A DNA stretch of 63,216 nt, the filler included. It is 9 parts of 9 records of this genome, joined end to end, with 100 filler letters (N's around TTAATTAATTAA, not from the genome) between each part and the next. Parts side by side here need not be neighbours in the genome. Positions count along the whole stretch, not along the records: positions 39,157 to 45,530 come from SRR31147125_67217; positions 45,631 to 56,823 come from SRR31147125_67233; 7 more parts are not named here. One strand, 5' to 3'. A program made the position numbers and the translations under genes. Positions 41,980-52,686 of the stretch are shown in pieces. A model generated the notes under the pieces. It had not been told where the DNA came from. It did not search any database and saw only the letters and a program-made list of their open reading frames with translations. The stretch's first letter is position 1. The number at the start of each line of letters is the position of its first letter.

Positions 41980-42796
41980 CGGTCAGTTTTGCAACCATGC
42001 GGAAAATACGTTGGAAGAAATTGTCTTGGCCTATATCCGCGAGGGATACGCCTGGGTGGGGATCACCGAGCACATGCCGCCCGTGTCCGAGGCGTTTGTC
42101 TATCCCGAAGAAAAGCGCGCCGGTCTGAACGCCAGGATTCTCACCGAGCGCTTTGCCGAGTATATCGCCACCTGCCGTCGCCTTCAGGCCCGGTATGCCG
42201 ATGACATTCGGATCTATGTTGGCTTTGAAACCGAATCCTATAGCGGCAGCCTCGATTTATCCACCGCATTGATCGCCCGGTTCTCACCGGATTATGTGGT
42301 GGGATCTGCTCACCATGTTGCCGACATTCCTTTTGATTACAGTAAAAAACACTATGATTTGGCGGCCGATCACTGCGGCGGCCTGGATGAATTGTATGGC
42401 GCCTACTTTGATCAACAGTACGAAATGATAAACATCTTGAAACCGCGTGTCGTCGGCCACCTGGATATCATTCGCATCTATGATCCGGACTACCGCTCAC
42501 GATTGACCCAGCCTGCCATTTGGGAGAAGATAGTCAGGAATTTAAAGCGCATCAAGCAATTGGATCTAATCCTGGATTTCAACCTGCGACCGTTATCAAG
42601 GGGTGAAAGCGAACCTTACCTGTCTGCCCCAATCCTTGAGAAGGCATGCACCATGGGTATTGACGTGATTCCAGGGGATGATTCCCATGGTGTGCGCGAC
42701 ATTGGCCGGACCATGCAGCGTGCCATTGAAATCCTCACGACCGTCGGGTTGCCCACCATCTGGCCCCCCTTGTCAGTCGACACCATTAACGATTGA
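41939..42796 (+). CDS. PHP-family histidinol-phosphatase (HisJ-like)
   Basis: SIHGGHSGQFCNHA, GITEHMP, GSAHH, GHLD, GDDSH. Confidence 0.85.
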   Translation: MDTPQPVSIHGGHSGQFCNHAENTLEEIVLAYIREGYAWVGITEHMPPVSEAFVYPEEKRAGLNARILTERFAEYIATCRRLQARYADDIRIYVGFETESYSGSLDLSTALIARFSPDYVVGSAHHVADIPFDYSKKHYDLAADHCGGLDELYGAYFDQQYEMINILKPRVVGHLDIIRIYDPDYRSRLTQPAIWEKIVRNLKRIKQLDLILDFNLRPLSRGESEPYLSAPILEKACTMGIDVIPGDDSHGVRDIGRTMQRAIEILTTVGLPTIWPPLSVDTIND

Positions 42797-42800
42797 CCGC

Positions 42801-43109
42801 TCACCCGCCTGATGCGTCATCCACGCCAACGGTTTCCATAATCCGGAAGGGAGTGTTTGCGGGGATGGCCTCATCCGTATTGCCGGCTTCGGGCGATGCG
42901 GTGTTAAAATGAAGACCGGGAAACGGAATTTGACGATCGTCTCGTTCATGTGAGTCAATGGGTTCCAAAAAGGACCGATTTGGAGTCGACCGCCTGTCCT
43001 TACCACTTCGTCGTTCCGGTTGATGGCCGAATGAGGCAATCCACCGGCGGTCCAGGCCGGTTCTACGTGAAATATGGGCGGTGGGTGTGTTGGTTTGTTT
43101 TTTTGCCAT
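42801..43109 (-). CDS. Small Arg-rich hypothetical protein with (D/E)RR repeats
   Basis: AGGA RBS; RRTGLDRR...PERRSGKDRR. Confidence 0.55.
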   Translation of the reverse strand: MAKKQTNTPTAHISRRTGLDRRWIASFGHQPERRSGKDRRSTPNRSFLEPIDSHERDDRQIPFPGLHFNTASPEAGNTDEAIPANTPFRIMETVGVDDASGG

Positions 43110-43558
43110 GCTTGTCCTGTTAACTCGCGACTCGATCCCCCCATTCAATGGACTGGTATACGTGCAGAGTACATCCAAGGGATCGGGGTTGTCCAATTAC
43201 TATCGGAGGATCCGGAGAAAACTTTAGCGCAACACCCAAGATGGTTAAACCGGAGGGCACCGCCCCCATGGCGGGATGCGATGGGGGGCCAGCCAGACGC
43301 CGAAGATAATGGACGGGCTCTATTTTTTAAGCGACCTCGTCACTACCGTTTTCCGGTTTTGCCAAAGGGTGCTGGTAAGAACAAGCCGCCCAACGGATTC
43401 CCCCTTGACAGCCAACATCTTTTTCCTTAAGTTTTTACTAATATTCCTTGCCTTTCTGCCGAAAAAGCAATCATGGAAAAGCGTTCCCCAAGCTTGTGAG
43501 GAAATCCAGGCAGCCTTTCGCGGCTGTTGATGAAAAAACAGGAGACCGGTTTCGCGCA

Positions 43559-44134
43559 ATGGTTTCGACACTGACTGGCATCTCATCAATATCTACCAAT
43601 CGCCGTACATTCCTAAAAATCGGCGCAGCCACGATTTTAACGACCGCCTTCACTCAACCCGCCCTGGCGATGGTCAGCCCCGACAATCAACGACGTCGTG
43701 TATTGTCATTTTATAACATACACACCGGGGAGGCGATGCGGACATGCTACCGTGCGAACGGCAATTTGATGCATGGTGCAATCAAGCGCATAAATCACAT
43801 CCTGCGCGATTACCGCACCGGAGAGATCAAACCCGTCGACCCGAACCTGCTCGATTTGCTTCATCACATTGTCACCGAGGTCGCCCCCCTGGCTCCCATC
43901 AACATCATCTCCGGATACCGTTCCCCACGCACGAATGCCGCCTTGAGAAAAATAACCAAGGGCGTGGCCCTGAGAAGCCTGCATATGGAAGGTCGCGCCA
44001 TTGACATTCGAATTCCCGGCTACCAGACATCCGCGATCCGGAAACTGGCCATCCAACTGAAATCCGGTGGTGTCGGTTACTACCCCAAATCCGATTTTAT
44101 TCATCTGGACACCGGCCCGGTAAAAACCTGGTAG
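43559..44134 (+). CDS. YcbK/DUF882 peptidase M15 family protein with Tat signal
   Basis: NRRTFLK, HTGE, ISGYRSPRTN, SLHMEGRAID, GGVGYY, FIHLDTG. Confidence 0.92.
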   Translation: MVSTLTGISSISTNRRTFLKIGAATILTTAFTQPALAMVSPDNQRRRVLSFYNIHTGEAMRTCYRANGNLMHGAIKRINHILRDYRTGEIKPVDPNLLDLLHHIVTEVAPLAPINIISGYRSPRTNAALRKITKGVALRSLHMEGRAIDIRIPGYQTSAIRKLAIQLKSGGVGYYPKSDFIHLDTGPVKTW

Positions 44135-44552
44135 CAATTCACAGCAGCATCCGGTGACCCGGTCATGAGGCGCGATTGTCTTCAAATGGTGAATGATTGT
44201 ATTCCGGTGCTTATCGTAAAATAACTGGATAAATCATTTTTTGGTGATATTCTGGCAGCTTGACATTTTTCAAGGGATCTATTATGCTCATTCTCATAGC
44301 GTGTTGTCGCCTCTGAGGTTCTTATTCTCAGGTGAATTTAGGGTAATTTTGGATCATTCAAAGATCTTTTCTCAGCCCGGCAACACTTGGTGAGCCGGAA
44401 TATTGCCGGCATCGCAGCTATTAACTAAATCAACCGAGCGGTTGCTCGCAAGGGATGAGCTATATATCACCTGAGCAACAACTCGTTCTCTCCATATATA
44501 CGGTTGTAATACGTAAGCTATTGTACACCCTTTTACGTGGAGGACTCCGGTC

Positions 44553-44905
44553 ATGAAAAAAATAGCCAAAGATCTTAAAACCGTCGCCAGGCAGCTGAGT
44601 ACCTTGGCCAAGAAAACCGAAAATTTGGCCAATGCGTTTGAAGCGGCAGGGCCTAAAAACCGGCCCCTAAAAAAGCAGCCCGAGTAGCCAAAAAGAAGCC
44701 GGCGGCACCCAGGGTCAGAAGCCTTACCCCCACGGATCAAGTGCTTACCATCATGAAGCGCTTTAAAAAGGGTATCTCCGTGGAAACCCTGAGAAACAAA
44801 TCCGGATTTAATGAAAAACAGATCAGCAACATTGTTCACCGCGCCTGTAAGAAAGGCAAAATGAAACGGGTCAGCCGCGGGCTTTACTCGATCTACGACC
44901 AATAG
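44553..44905 (+). CDS. Small basic protein: coiled coil, K/A/P-rich linker, winged-helix-like C-terminus; frameshift in A-run near 44655
   Basis: GGAGG RBS; MKKIAKDLKTVARQLSTLAKKTENLA...PKKPAPKKAARVAKKKPAA...DQVLTIMKRFKKGISVETLRNKSGFNEKQISNIVHRACKKGKMKRVSRGLY; missing from the ORF track. Confidence 0.75.
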
Positions 44906-45121
44906 TCCCAAAAAGCCGGTCGCGTTTAAACGGAAAGAATCATGGGCGACTGAAAGGCGCCTCGTGGATATGTCCGTCGATTTTATGGTTGATGAAGCGG
45001 CAGTGTGTGTTAACCGGCCATTCGGTCGGAGAGGTCTTGTACTTATGGGGTGATTACCGCCTTACGGCGGCGGCCATCGTTCGAGACCGGTTTGTTTACT
45101 TTTTTTAAGGAGGCTGCAGAA

Positions 45122-45325
45122 ATGGCAAACGGTGTTGTAAAATGGTTCAGCGACAAAAAAGGATTTGGTTTCATCGAACAGGAAGAAGGCCAGGGCGACA
45201 TCTTCGTTCACTTTTCTTCCATCCAGGCCGAGGGGTTTAAAACACTTGCCGAAGGAGATCGGGTGACCTTCGAGGTCGAGCAAACCGATCGTGGTCCCGC
45301 AGCTGCCAATGTGGTAAGAAGCTAA
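45122..45325 (+). CDS. Cold-shock protein
   Basis: [32 protein letters not shown]. Confidence 0.96.
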   Translation: MANGVVKWFSDKKGFGFIEQEEGQGDIFVHFSSIQAEGFKTLAEGDRVTFEVEQTDRGPAAANVVRS

Positions 45326-45356
45326 CCTAAAGTCGACACCATTTCAAATCAAATCA

Positions 45357-45393
45357 AAACGGCACCCTCAAATTGAGGATGCCGTTTCTTTTT
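45357..45393 (+). terminator. Intrinsic terminator after the cold-shock gene
   Basis: AAACGGCACCCTCAAATTGAGGATGCCGTTT followed by CTTTTT. Confidence 0.8.
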
Positions 45394-45469
45394 GTAAGCC
45401 TTGGTTGTTACGAACGCTAAAGAGCTTTCCAACTCCGCTTGATGAGTTTTCAAAAACACTTAGCAACGG

Positions 45470-45530
45470 TTAAACCACACCCTGATCGAGCATGGCGTTG
45501 ACCACCTTGACGAAGCCGGCGATGTTGGCC
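45470..45530 (-). CDS. gdhA: NADP-glutamate dehydrogenase, extreme C-terminus
   Basis: ANIAGFVKVVNAMLDQGVV*. Confidence 0.75.
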
Positions 45531-45630
45531 NNNNNNNNNNNNNNNNNNNNNNNNNNNNNNNNNNNNNNNNNNNNTTAATTAATTAANNNNNNNNNNNNNN
45601 NNNNNNNNNNNNNNNNNNNNNNNNNNNNNN

Positions 45631-45757
45631 CCGTGAAAATCGGGAACGGACCCGCCGCTGTAACCGGGGACATAAGCCGTAATAAAACCACTGCCCGTAT
45701 GATTGTAAGGGTGGGAAGGGGCGGTTATCGGATGATCCGGAAGTCAGAAGACCTGCC
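45631..45757 (+). ncRNA. Cobalamin riboswitch (5' end missing)
   Basis: CCGTGAAAATCGGGAACGGACCCGCCGCTGTAA...CCACTG...GGGAAGG...AAGTCAGAAGACCTGCC (B12 box). Confidence 0.92.
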
Positions 45758-45819
45758 GTAACACATGGGGTGATTTCTCGCGGACAGGAAACACCAACAT
45801 CATCGAGGATTTGAAAACG

Positions 45820-45867
45820 GAACTCCTTAGCCAAAGACCGTAATGGTCGGCTAAGGAGTTCTTTTTT
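45820..45867 (+). terminator. Riboswitch expression-platform terminator
   Basis: GAACTCCTTAGCC...GGCTAAGGAGTTC 13-bp stem followed by TTTTTT. Confidence 0.85.
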
Positions 45868-45967
45868 GGGGCAAACAGATCCCCAATCCGCGCTGACAGC
45901 CATTTTAAAAGAGCGTTCAAAAAACGGTGAACGGCAAACAACACTCATTTTTTTGGACCGAGAAAAA

Positions 45968-47902
45968 ATGCAACACTTTGTGTTCCCCTTTGAAACACCA
46001 TCCAACGGCACGGATAACCATACCATCGCTATTCCCTCATCTATCGGGCAGGGCTCGGTGGAGACCATATACTGCAATTCCGGCATCCGATTGATGGTAT
46101 CGGATATCACGCTCCACCGTAACACGATTGTAAAGACCGAGCCTTCGCAACCGTGTTACGGTTTCGGGTTTTGTTTATCCGGAACGATTGAAGCACGACC
46201 GGCTTGCTTCAATAACGCATTTGTCATCAGCCGAGGTCAAAGCGGTTTTTTCAACTTCCCGGAAATGGAAGGTCACACGGAAATCATGAACACCGAACGG
46301 ATTCTTCGAATCGGCATCTATATGTCCCCGGATCTTCTGCCCCAATTTGCCGGAAAGAATGCCGGACAGTTGCCCTCAATACTGAGGGAGAGCAGACAGG
46401 TGCCGTTTCGAAATGCGGACAAAATCACACCGGCCATGCAGGCGGCGCTCCATCAGATCCTCAACTGCACCTTTCCGGGAGTGACCCAACAGCTCTATAT
46501 CGAAGGAAAGGTACTGGAGTTGATCGCCCATAAGATTGCCCAATTGGATGCCCGTTCCAAGCCGGCAATTCATAAAAAGACGCTGACCTCAAATGAAATC
46601 GAACGGATCCGCCATGCAGCGAATCTGCTGAGTTTGGATTTGGAGCATCCCCCAAGCATTGCCGAACTATCGGGCCATGTCGGCATGTGCCGCAGTAAAC
46701 TGTACAGCTGTTTTCATGAGGTGTACGGCATCACCCCCTTTGGGTATCTCCAGCAAAAACGCATGGAAACGGCCGGACGCTTGCTCGGAGCCGGAGAGAT
46801 CAATGTCACACAGGCCGCTTACGCTGTGGGCTACTCGAGCCTCAGTCACTTTACCAAGGCCTTTAAAAAACACTTTGGTGTCCCTCCCAGCCAATGTCTT
46901 ACCCCCTCTCCGACGCATCACGAATTTGTACCTGAGAGGATGAATCCATTGACACGATTTCAAACCAGCAGCGTAGAAAACAGAACGGTTGACTTCAATC
47001 CCGACATCGGCACAGGTATCATTCAGTTCATTCGTCTGCCGTCCGGTATAACGTTGACGGTAATGAACTGCCGACTGAAGAGGCCGATAACCCTCACCTT
47101 CACCCCCCCATTTGAAGCTGTGGGATTCAGTTACAACCTTTCCGGCCATTTAGAGGCCCAGCCCGACAACCGAAAAGAGATGATGTCGCTAAAGCCCGGC
47201 CAAAGCGACATGAAATGGTGTCCGGGCCTCGCCGGTCTGACCGAAACCATTGCTCCCGGAACGTTGACGAGGGTGGGCCTCTCAATGACCCATGAGGTGT
47301 TATACAACGTGGCGGATCGATATATGCATCCCCTTCCCCCACTGCTGCAAAATCCCCCGGACGGCCTCACGCGCTACAAATCCGTTGTTACCCCCCAAAT
47401 GCGCGCCGTCATCTTCCAAATGATGAAATGCCCCTATCAGGGATTGACCCGGGATCTTTTCATCGAAGGAAAGGTACTCGAGCTTCTTGCCTATCAATTC
47501 GAACAGCTGGGAGGGTCGGGTGCACAAGAAAAATCCGTCCCACTGAAGCCGGGGGATCTGGAACGGATTCACCATGCTGCCCGGCTGCTGACGGACCATC
47601 TGGAAAAACCCCTCAGCCTGGAGCAGCTCGCCGGTTCAGTGGGAATGTGCCGTACCCGGTTTTATGAGTGCTTCCGAAAGATCCATGGGGAAACTCCTCT
47701 GGAATACCTCCGCCATCATCGCCTGGAGAGCGCCATGAATTACCTTCTTGAAGGCCGGATGAACGTCACTGAAACCGCCTTTGCCGTTGGCTATTCAAGT
47801 TCCGGTTATTTTTCGAAAGCCTTTAAAAAACACTTTGGCGATCTTCCCAAGCATTATTGCCGAAAGCACGCGTCAGACCAAATAACGGACAATTTTACCT
47901 AA
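45968..47902 (+). CDS. Tandem AraC (PchR-like) regulators read as one ORF; may be two genes (second start 46940)
   Basis: Two repeats each with IEGKVLEL, ERI.HAA.LL, VGMCR, NVT..A.AVGYSS...F.KAFKKHFG. Confidence 0.88.
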   Translation: MQHFVFPFETPSNGTDNHTIAIPSSIGQGSVETIYCNSGIRLMVSDITLHRNTIVKTEPSQPCYGFGFCLSGTIEARPACFNNAFVISRGQSGFFNFPEMEGHTEIMNTERILRIGIYMSPDLLPQFAGKNAGQLPSILRESRQVPFRNADKITPAMQAALHQILNCTFPGVTQQLYIEGKVLELIAHKIAQLDARSKPAIHKKTLTSNEIERIRHAANLLSLDLEHPPSIAELSGHVGMCRSKLYSCFHEVYGITPFGYLQQKRMETAGRLLGAGEINVTQAAYAVGYSSLSHFTKAFKKHFGVPPSQCLTPSPTHHEFVPERMNPLTRFQTSSVENRTVDFNPDIGTGIIQFIRLPSGITLTVMNCRLKRPITLTFTPPFEAVGFSYNLSGHLEAQPDNRKEMMSLKPGQSDMKWCPGLAGLTETIAPGTLTRVGLSMTHEVLYNVADRYMHPLPPLLQNPPDGLTRYKSVVTPQMRAVIFQMMKCPYQGLTRDLFIEGKVLELLAYQFEQLGGSGAQEKSVPLKPGDLERIHHAARLLTDHLEKPLSLEQLAGSVGMCRTRFYECFRKIHGETPLEYLRHHRLESAMNYLLEGRMNVTETAFAVGYSSSGYFSKAFKKHFGDLPKHYCRKHASDQITDNFT

Positions 47903-48042
47903 AAAATGGAGGGGATCACCATTGTCCATTTGATTTATCCTGTATAGTCCTTTCAATTTGCGTGGTTGTGCACCGGTAAGACAACCGCCTCAATTCCTTA
48001 TGAACAACTTGAATGGAGAACCGCCGGAAGGGAAAAAATCAA

Positions 48043-50097
48043 ATGACGTCGTTACCGAAAATATGTTGGAGATACGTGGGAATCATCATCTCAATCGTTC
48101 TGATAGGTGCCTGCATCTGCCCTGCCTATGGGCAAAATGATCCGTACACCCTTGAACCCATCACTGTGACGGCCGAAAAGCGGTCGGAACAAATCCAAAA
48201 AGTGCCTGCCGCCATCACGGCGTTTTCAGAAACCGAACTTGAAGACGCCGGTGCAAAGAGCATCCTGGATGTGATCGATATGATTCCCGGATTGAATCTG
48301 GAGGTCCAGGCGCCCATGTGGAACGGCATCAGCTACAGGGGGATCGGCAAAAGTACCTTTACCGGAAAAAATCCCGTCGTGCTCTTTGTGGACGGCATTC
48401 CCCTGGACAGCCGGACGGATTACGATTCCGATCTGTTAAATATCCAACGGGTGGAATTCCTCCGCGGCCCCCAGGGTACACTGTACGGAAAAAGTGCCAT
48501 CGGCGGCGTGATCAACATCATCTCCAAAAAACCGGATAATACACCAACATCAACGATCAGCGGAAAGTGGGGGGAGAACGGGACCCATGGCTTTAAAGCC
48601 GTTGTAAACGGTCCCTTGATCCAGGACAAGCTGTTTGCAAGCCTCTCCGCCTCATATGACGAAACCGATGGATTCATGACAAACGACGCTCCGACACAAG
48701 ACACCTTTGACGACGAGCGAAGAAAAAGTGCCAAAGCCCAACTTCGCTGGCTTTTGTCCGATGGGTTGGAGATCAATTTTCGCGGCGGGATCGATCAAAG
48801 CCGGAACGGTGTCGGTCCGAGCATCACCGCAAATGAAGTTTGCTATCATGAGACAAAAAACCCCGATAACAAGAGCGACGCGGACGGCTTTGATTCCGCG
48901 TTGAATATCCGCTATTCAACCCGATTTGCCGAATTCAACGCCATTACAACCTACCGGGATACGGAAACGGATTTTTGGGAAGGGGCGATTGATCCGGCTT
49001 CTGCAAGGGTTGCCGATCTGGCCGCCCACTCCTTTACCCAGGAACTCCGTATGCAATCCCCTGAAAAGGATACCGGAATCAAATGGGTTACCGGGTTGTA
49101 TTATGCAAAAGAGAGCAGTTGGGCCCGAGAATTCGGAAACAGCTACAACATGGAGAGCAGCTTGGGGTACAACATTAAAAAAGATTGGCCTTATGATCTG
49201 GATGAAAGAACCATGGCCCTCTTCGGCCAGACCACCGTCCCGCTGTTTCGATCCGTCGACTTTACGGCGGGGCTGCGATATGAAAAAATCGACAAAACCC
49301 TGGATTATACGGGTACGGTCACTCGTCTGGATACCCATGAGCAGCTCTCAAAGGTGACATGGTCCCGTGAAGAAGAGTGGGACGCCTTGCTTCCAAAAGG
49401 TGTGCTTTCCTGGAACATAGACTCCGAGGCCATGCTTTACTTCAGTGTGGCAAAAGGCTACCTGGCCGGCGGACTCAACAAGACCAACGACGATATAGCC
49501 GCTGCAAAGTTCGATGAAGAAACCTCACTCAACTATGAGATCGGCGCCAAGACGGCATGGGTGGACAACCGGCTTTTCCTGAACGCCACCCTGTTCTACG
49601 TCGACATCGAAGATATGCATGTCTACAGCCAGCCGGAACCCGGTGTATGGGTCGCTTCCAATGCGGCAAAGGCCCATAGTCAAGGTCTCGAGGTGGAAGC
49701 AAAGGCCAGGCCGTTCCCGGGGATGGATCTTGCCGGATCATTTGCATGGATCGATGCCCAATTTGACGACTACGGCAGGTATGACGGCAACACCCCGACA
49801 TACACGCCGGATTACAGCTATTTTCTGAGCGCCCAATATCGTCATGCTTCCGGGATTTATATCCGCGGAGAGATGACGGGGTACGGCAAGACCTACTATG
49901 ATGCGGGTAACAGTGTCAAACGAGATCCCTTGGAGGTGTTCAACGCCAAACTGGGCTATGAAACGGCCAACTGGGATCTCTACCTTTACGCAGACAATCT
50001 GACCGACAAAGCGTATTTCACCGAGATGTCTGCAACCAGCGGAAGTATGGTCGGAGCACCCCGGACCCTGGGCTTGATGGCTTCCATACGCTTTTAG
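48043..50097 (+). CDS. TonB-dependent receptor
   Basis: Signal peptide, ITVTAEKR, RVEFLRGPQGTLYG...GGVINII plug, C-terminal Phe. Confidence 0.93.
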   Translation: MTSLPKICWRYVGIIISIVLIGACICPAYGQNDPYTLEPITVTAEKRSEQIQKVPAAITAFSETELEDAGAKSILDVIDMIPGLNLEVQAPMWNGISYRGIGKSTFTGKNPVVLFVDGIPLDSRTDYDSDLLNIQRVEFLRGPQGTLYGKSAIGGVINIISKKPDNTPTSTISGKWGENGTHGFKAVVNGPLIQDKLFASLSASYDETDGFMTNDAPTQDTFDDERRKSAKAQLRWLLSDGLEINFRGGIDQSRNGVGPSITANEVCYHETKNPDNKSDADGFDSALNIRYSTRFAEFNAITTYRDTETDFWEGAIDPASARVADLAAHSFTQELRMQSPEKDTGIKWVTGLYYAKESSWAREFGNSYNMESSLGYNIKKDWPYDLDERTMALFGQTTVPLFRSVDFTAGLRYEKIDKTLDYTGTVTRLDTHEQLSKVTWSREEEWDALLPKGVLSWNIDSEAMLYFSVAKGYLAGGLNKTNDDIAAAKFDEETSLNYEIGAKTAWVDNRLFLNATLFYVDIEDMHVYSQPEPGVWVASNAAKAHSQGLEVEAKARPFPGMDLAGSFAWIDAQFDDYGRYDGNTPTYTPDYSYFLSAQYRHASGIYIRGEMTGYGKTYYDAGNSVKRDPLEVFNAKLGYETANWDLYLYADNLTDKAYFTEMSATSGSMVGAPRTLGLMASIRF

Positions 50098-50112
50098 CCA
50101 AGGAGAGGTGAC

Positions 50113-51316
50113 ATGGTAAACCGATTTCTCATCCGGCTTTTAATCCTCCCGTTGCTTATTTCTTTCCTGCCGATGGGGGAGTGATCTTCTCTTTTCCGAC
50201 TCAGGCTGCTGCATCCCAAGGGGAAGCTATCTCATCGACCTCATTTGCCGCATCCCGAATCTCTTCGGTTTCAAAAAGAGCGATTTCAGGCCCGTCAGCT
50301 TCACCGATGCCTTCAACAGAGAGATGTCCATCAACCGGCCTTTGGAGAGGATCGCCATCGGCCACCAATTCTTTGCCGAATATCTCGTGGGAATCGGCGC
50401 CGGGGATCTTGTCGTGACCGTGATTCCCAGTGTCGTCCGGGAATCGGTCTTTTATCCCGAGTTGAGCCGGAAACCCGCCACCGGTGCGTTGCATGAATCC
50501 CCTGATTTTGAGGCCATCGTTGCCTCGGGTGCCCAGGTCTATGTGGTCAACGGTCTGTATGCCTGTAAAGCCGATTATCACCAAGCCGTTGAAACGCTGG
50601 AGCCCGTGGTCAAGGTGATGGGACTGTCAAACACGACACAAAAGGATATCTATGCCACGGTGGCCCTTCTTGGCCGAATCACCGGCCATGGGGCAGAGGC
50701 TGCGGCGTATAACCGGTTCCAGCGAAAAACCCTTGAAATGATCCGAACCCGGGTGGCTGACATCCCCGACCGGGACAGAATCCGAACCTACTTTGAGCCC
50801 ATGGGCACCGGTTGGACGATCAACGACAACTGCATGGGATTCGGATACCAGATCCCATGGGCCGGGGGCGTCAATATCGCGGGTAAAGATCTTTGTCACG
50901 ACTTTGAATGGTTTAAAACGGATAAGGAGTGGCTTGTGACTCAAAACCCCCAGGTGATCCTTTTGCGCACCCCTCCGGAGTGTGCCCACGGATACGCTGA
51001 AAACAGCTTTGACGGAATGAAAAAGCATCTCATTCAATCGGTGGAACGACCGGAATTTCGGGGGTGTGATGCCGTAAAAAACCGGAAGGTCCATTCCATC
51101 TCATGGGATCTGATCGGAACGCCGCGGATGTTTATCGGCATTGCCCATATGGCCAAGCTGTTCTACCCGGAACGGTTTGAGGATATGGATCCCCAAGCAC
51201 TGCATCAGCAGTACCTGGACCAATTTATCGGGATCGACTACGATCTTGAAAAAAACGGCACATTTATCTATCCTGCCGGCGGATCCGATGAAAATGAAGG
51301 GAACTCGGTTCCATAG
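50113..51316 (+). CDS. Metal-chelate/corrinoid ABC substrate-binding protein; two frameshifts near 50175 and 50275
   Basis: AGGAGAGG RBS, FTDAFNREMSINRPLERI, EWLVTQNPQVI, AVKNRKVH, AKLFYPERF. Confidence 0.8.
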
Positions 51317-51577
51317 CATCTCCAGCCGCCCTCCCGGCAACTGTCCCAAAACAAATTTGTTCAAAAAGACAATAGCGCTAAAAATACGGACGTTGCCGCT
51401 AGCGCCGATTTTTTACCTGTGTTTTATCTTTGATGCGTTGGCGTCCGGTTTTTCCTTACCGGGAATCAAGTTCATGCACCATTTTTTGAACTGTTGAACA
51501 GGTTTTTTCCCCGGCGAGCCAAACCGATGGAGAAGAAGTTGGGTCGGGATCCTAAGATGGCACTCTTTTTTTAATTT

Positions 51578-52672
51578 ATGGACGGTATTATGCTTTCAAA
51601 AACGCTTCAATGTATCTTGCTCTGTCTCTTTTTACTTCCGGGTATCGGTGGCGCTTTCGCCTTGGACAAGCCCTACCCCGTAACGGTCACCGATGCCATG
51701 GGCAGAACGGTATCCATAAAGCGACCGGCTCAACGGATTGCCTTCAGCGGCACCTGCCTTGCCGAGGCACTCAAGATCATCGGCGTCTGGGATAAAGTGG
51801 TGGGACGGGGTTACATGATTAATCCGGACCGGCAGTTGTATCCGGGGATAGAAGATCTGGCGGTTTTCGCAACAGATACGCCGGGGCCGTACAACGTGAA
51901 CTATGAAGCGCTGTTGGCACTGGATGTCGATCTTTTGCTCATCGCCAAAACGCCCTCCCCGGGATTTGAAGAGATGAACAATAACATTAAGTCCCGCATC
52001 CAAATTGTGGTCTTGGATATGTTTCTTCCGGAAAAAGTGAAAAAAAATTTCGATCTGTTGGCCGCCCTATTCGATGCCGAGCAAACGGCAAACGCCTATC
52101 TTGCCTGGTATGACCATATCATCGAAACCATTTCCGAAAAAACCTCCGGACTCCCCCGGCTGAACGGAAACGGTTTTTCCTGAAATGGAATTTCGGCCAT
52201 GTGGAGGAAATGACCACCATATCCGACAAATTTCCGGGTATGCTTGCGACCAATGACATTCTGGGAGGAATCAACATTGCCGCAAATCTTCAAAGCATGT
52301 GGGGGGGAGCAGTGGATCCGGAGTGGCTGATGCAGCAAGAAATAGACGTCATTGTCTGTCAAGACCGGATTCCCCATGGCTACGGCACCCCCATTGACGA
52401 TCCTTCAGCTGTCGCCTCATACCGTGAAAAGGTCATGGCGCTTCCCCTATTTGCATCGAGCCGTGCCGTCAGGCAAAACAAGGTGTACATGATCTCCTCC
52501 CAATTCATGTTTTCTCCGGGGGTGTCATCTACATGGCATACCTGGCAAAATGGTTCCACCCGGAATTGTTCACGGATCTTTCCCCCAGACCCTGCATCAG
52601 GAATATCTGACCCGGTTTCTTCATACCGACTTCGATCTTTCCAGGCACGGTGTCTTTGTCTATCCCCAATGA
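51578..52672 (+). CDS. Second metal-chelate/corrinoid ABC substrate-binding protein; frameshifts near 52155, 52520, 52585
   Basis: VTDAMGRTVSIKRPAQRI, VDPEWLMQQ, AVRQNKVY, AKWFHPELF, HQEYLTRF...GVFVYPQ*. Confidence 0.8.
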
Positions 52673-52686
52673 CCAAGGACGGTACA

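Noticed and set aside
6207-45665. Joining the riboswitch half at the end of fragment 1 to the one starting fragment 8
   Set aside because: The overlapping stretch differs at several positions (GAGAAT vs GAAAAT, GGGCCC vs GGACCC, TAATCG vs TAACCG), so these are different copies.
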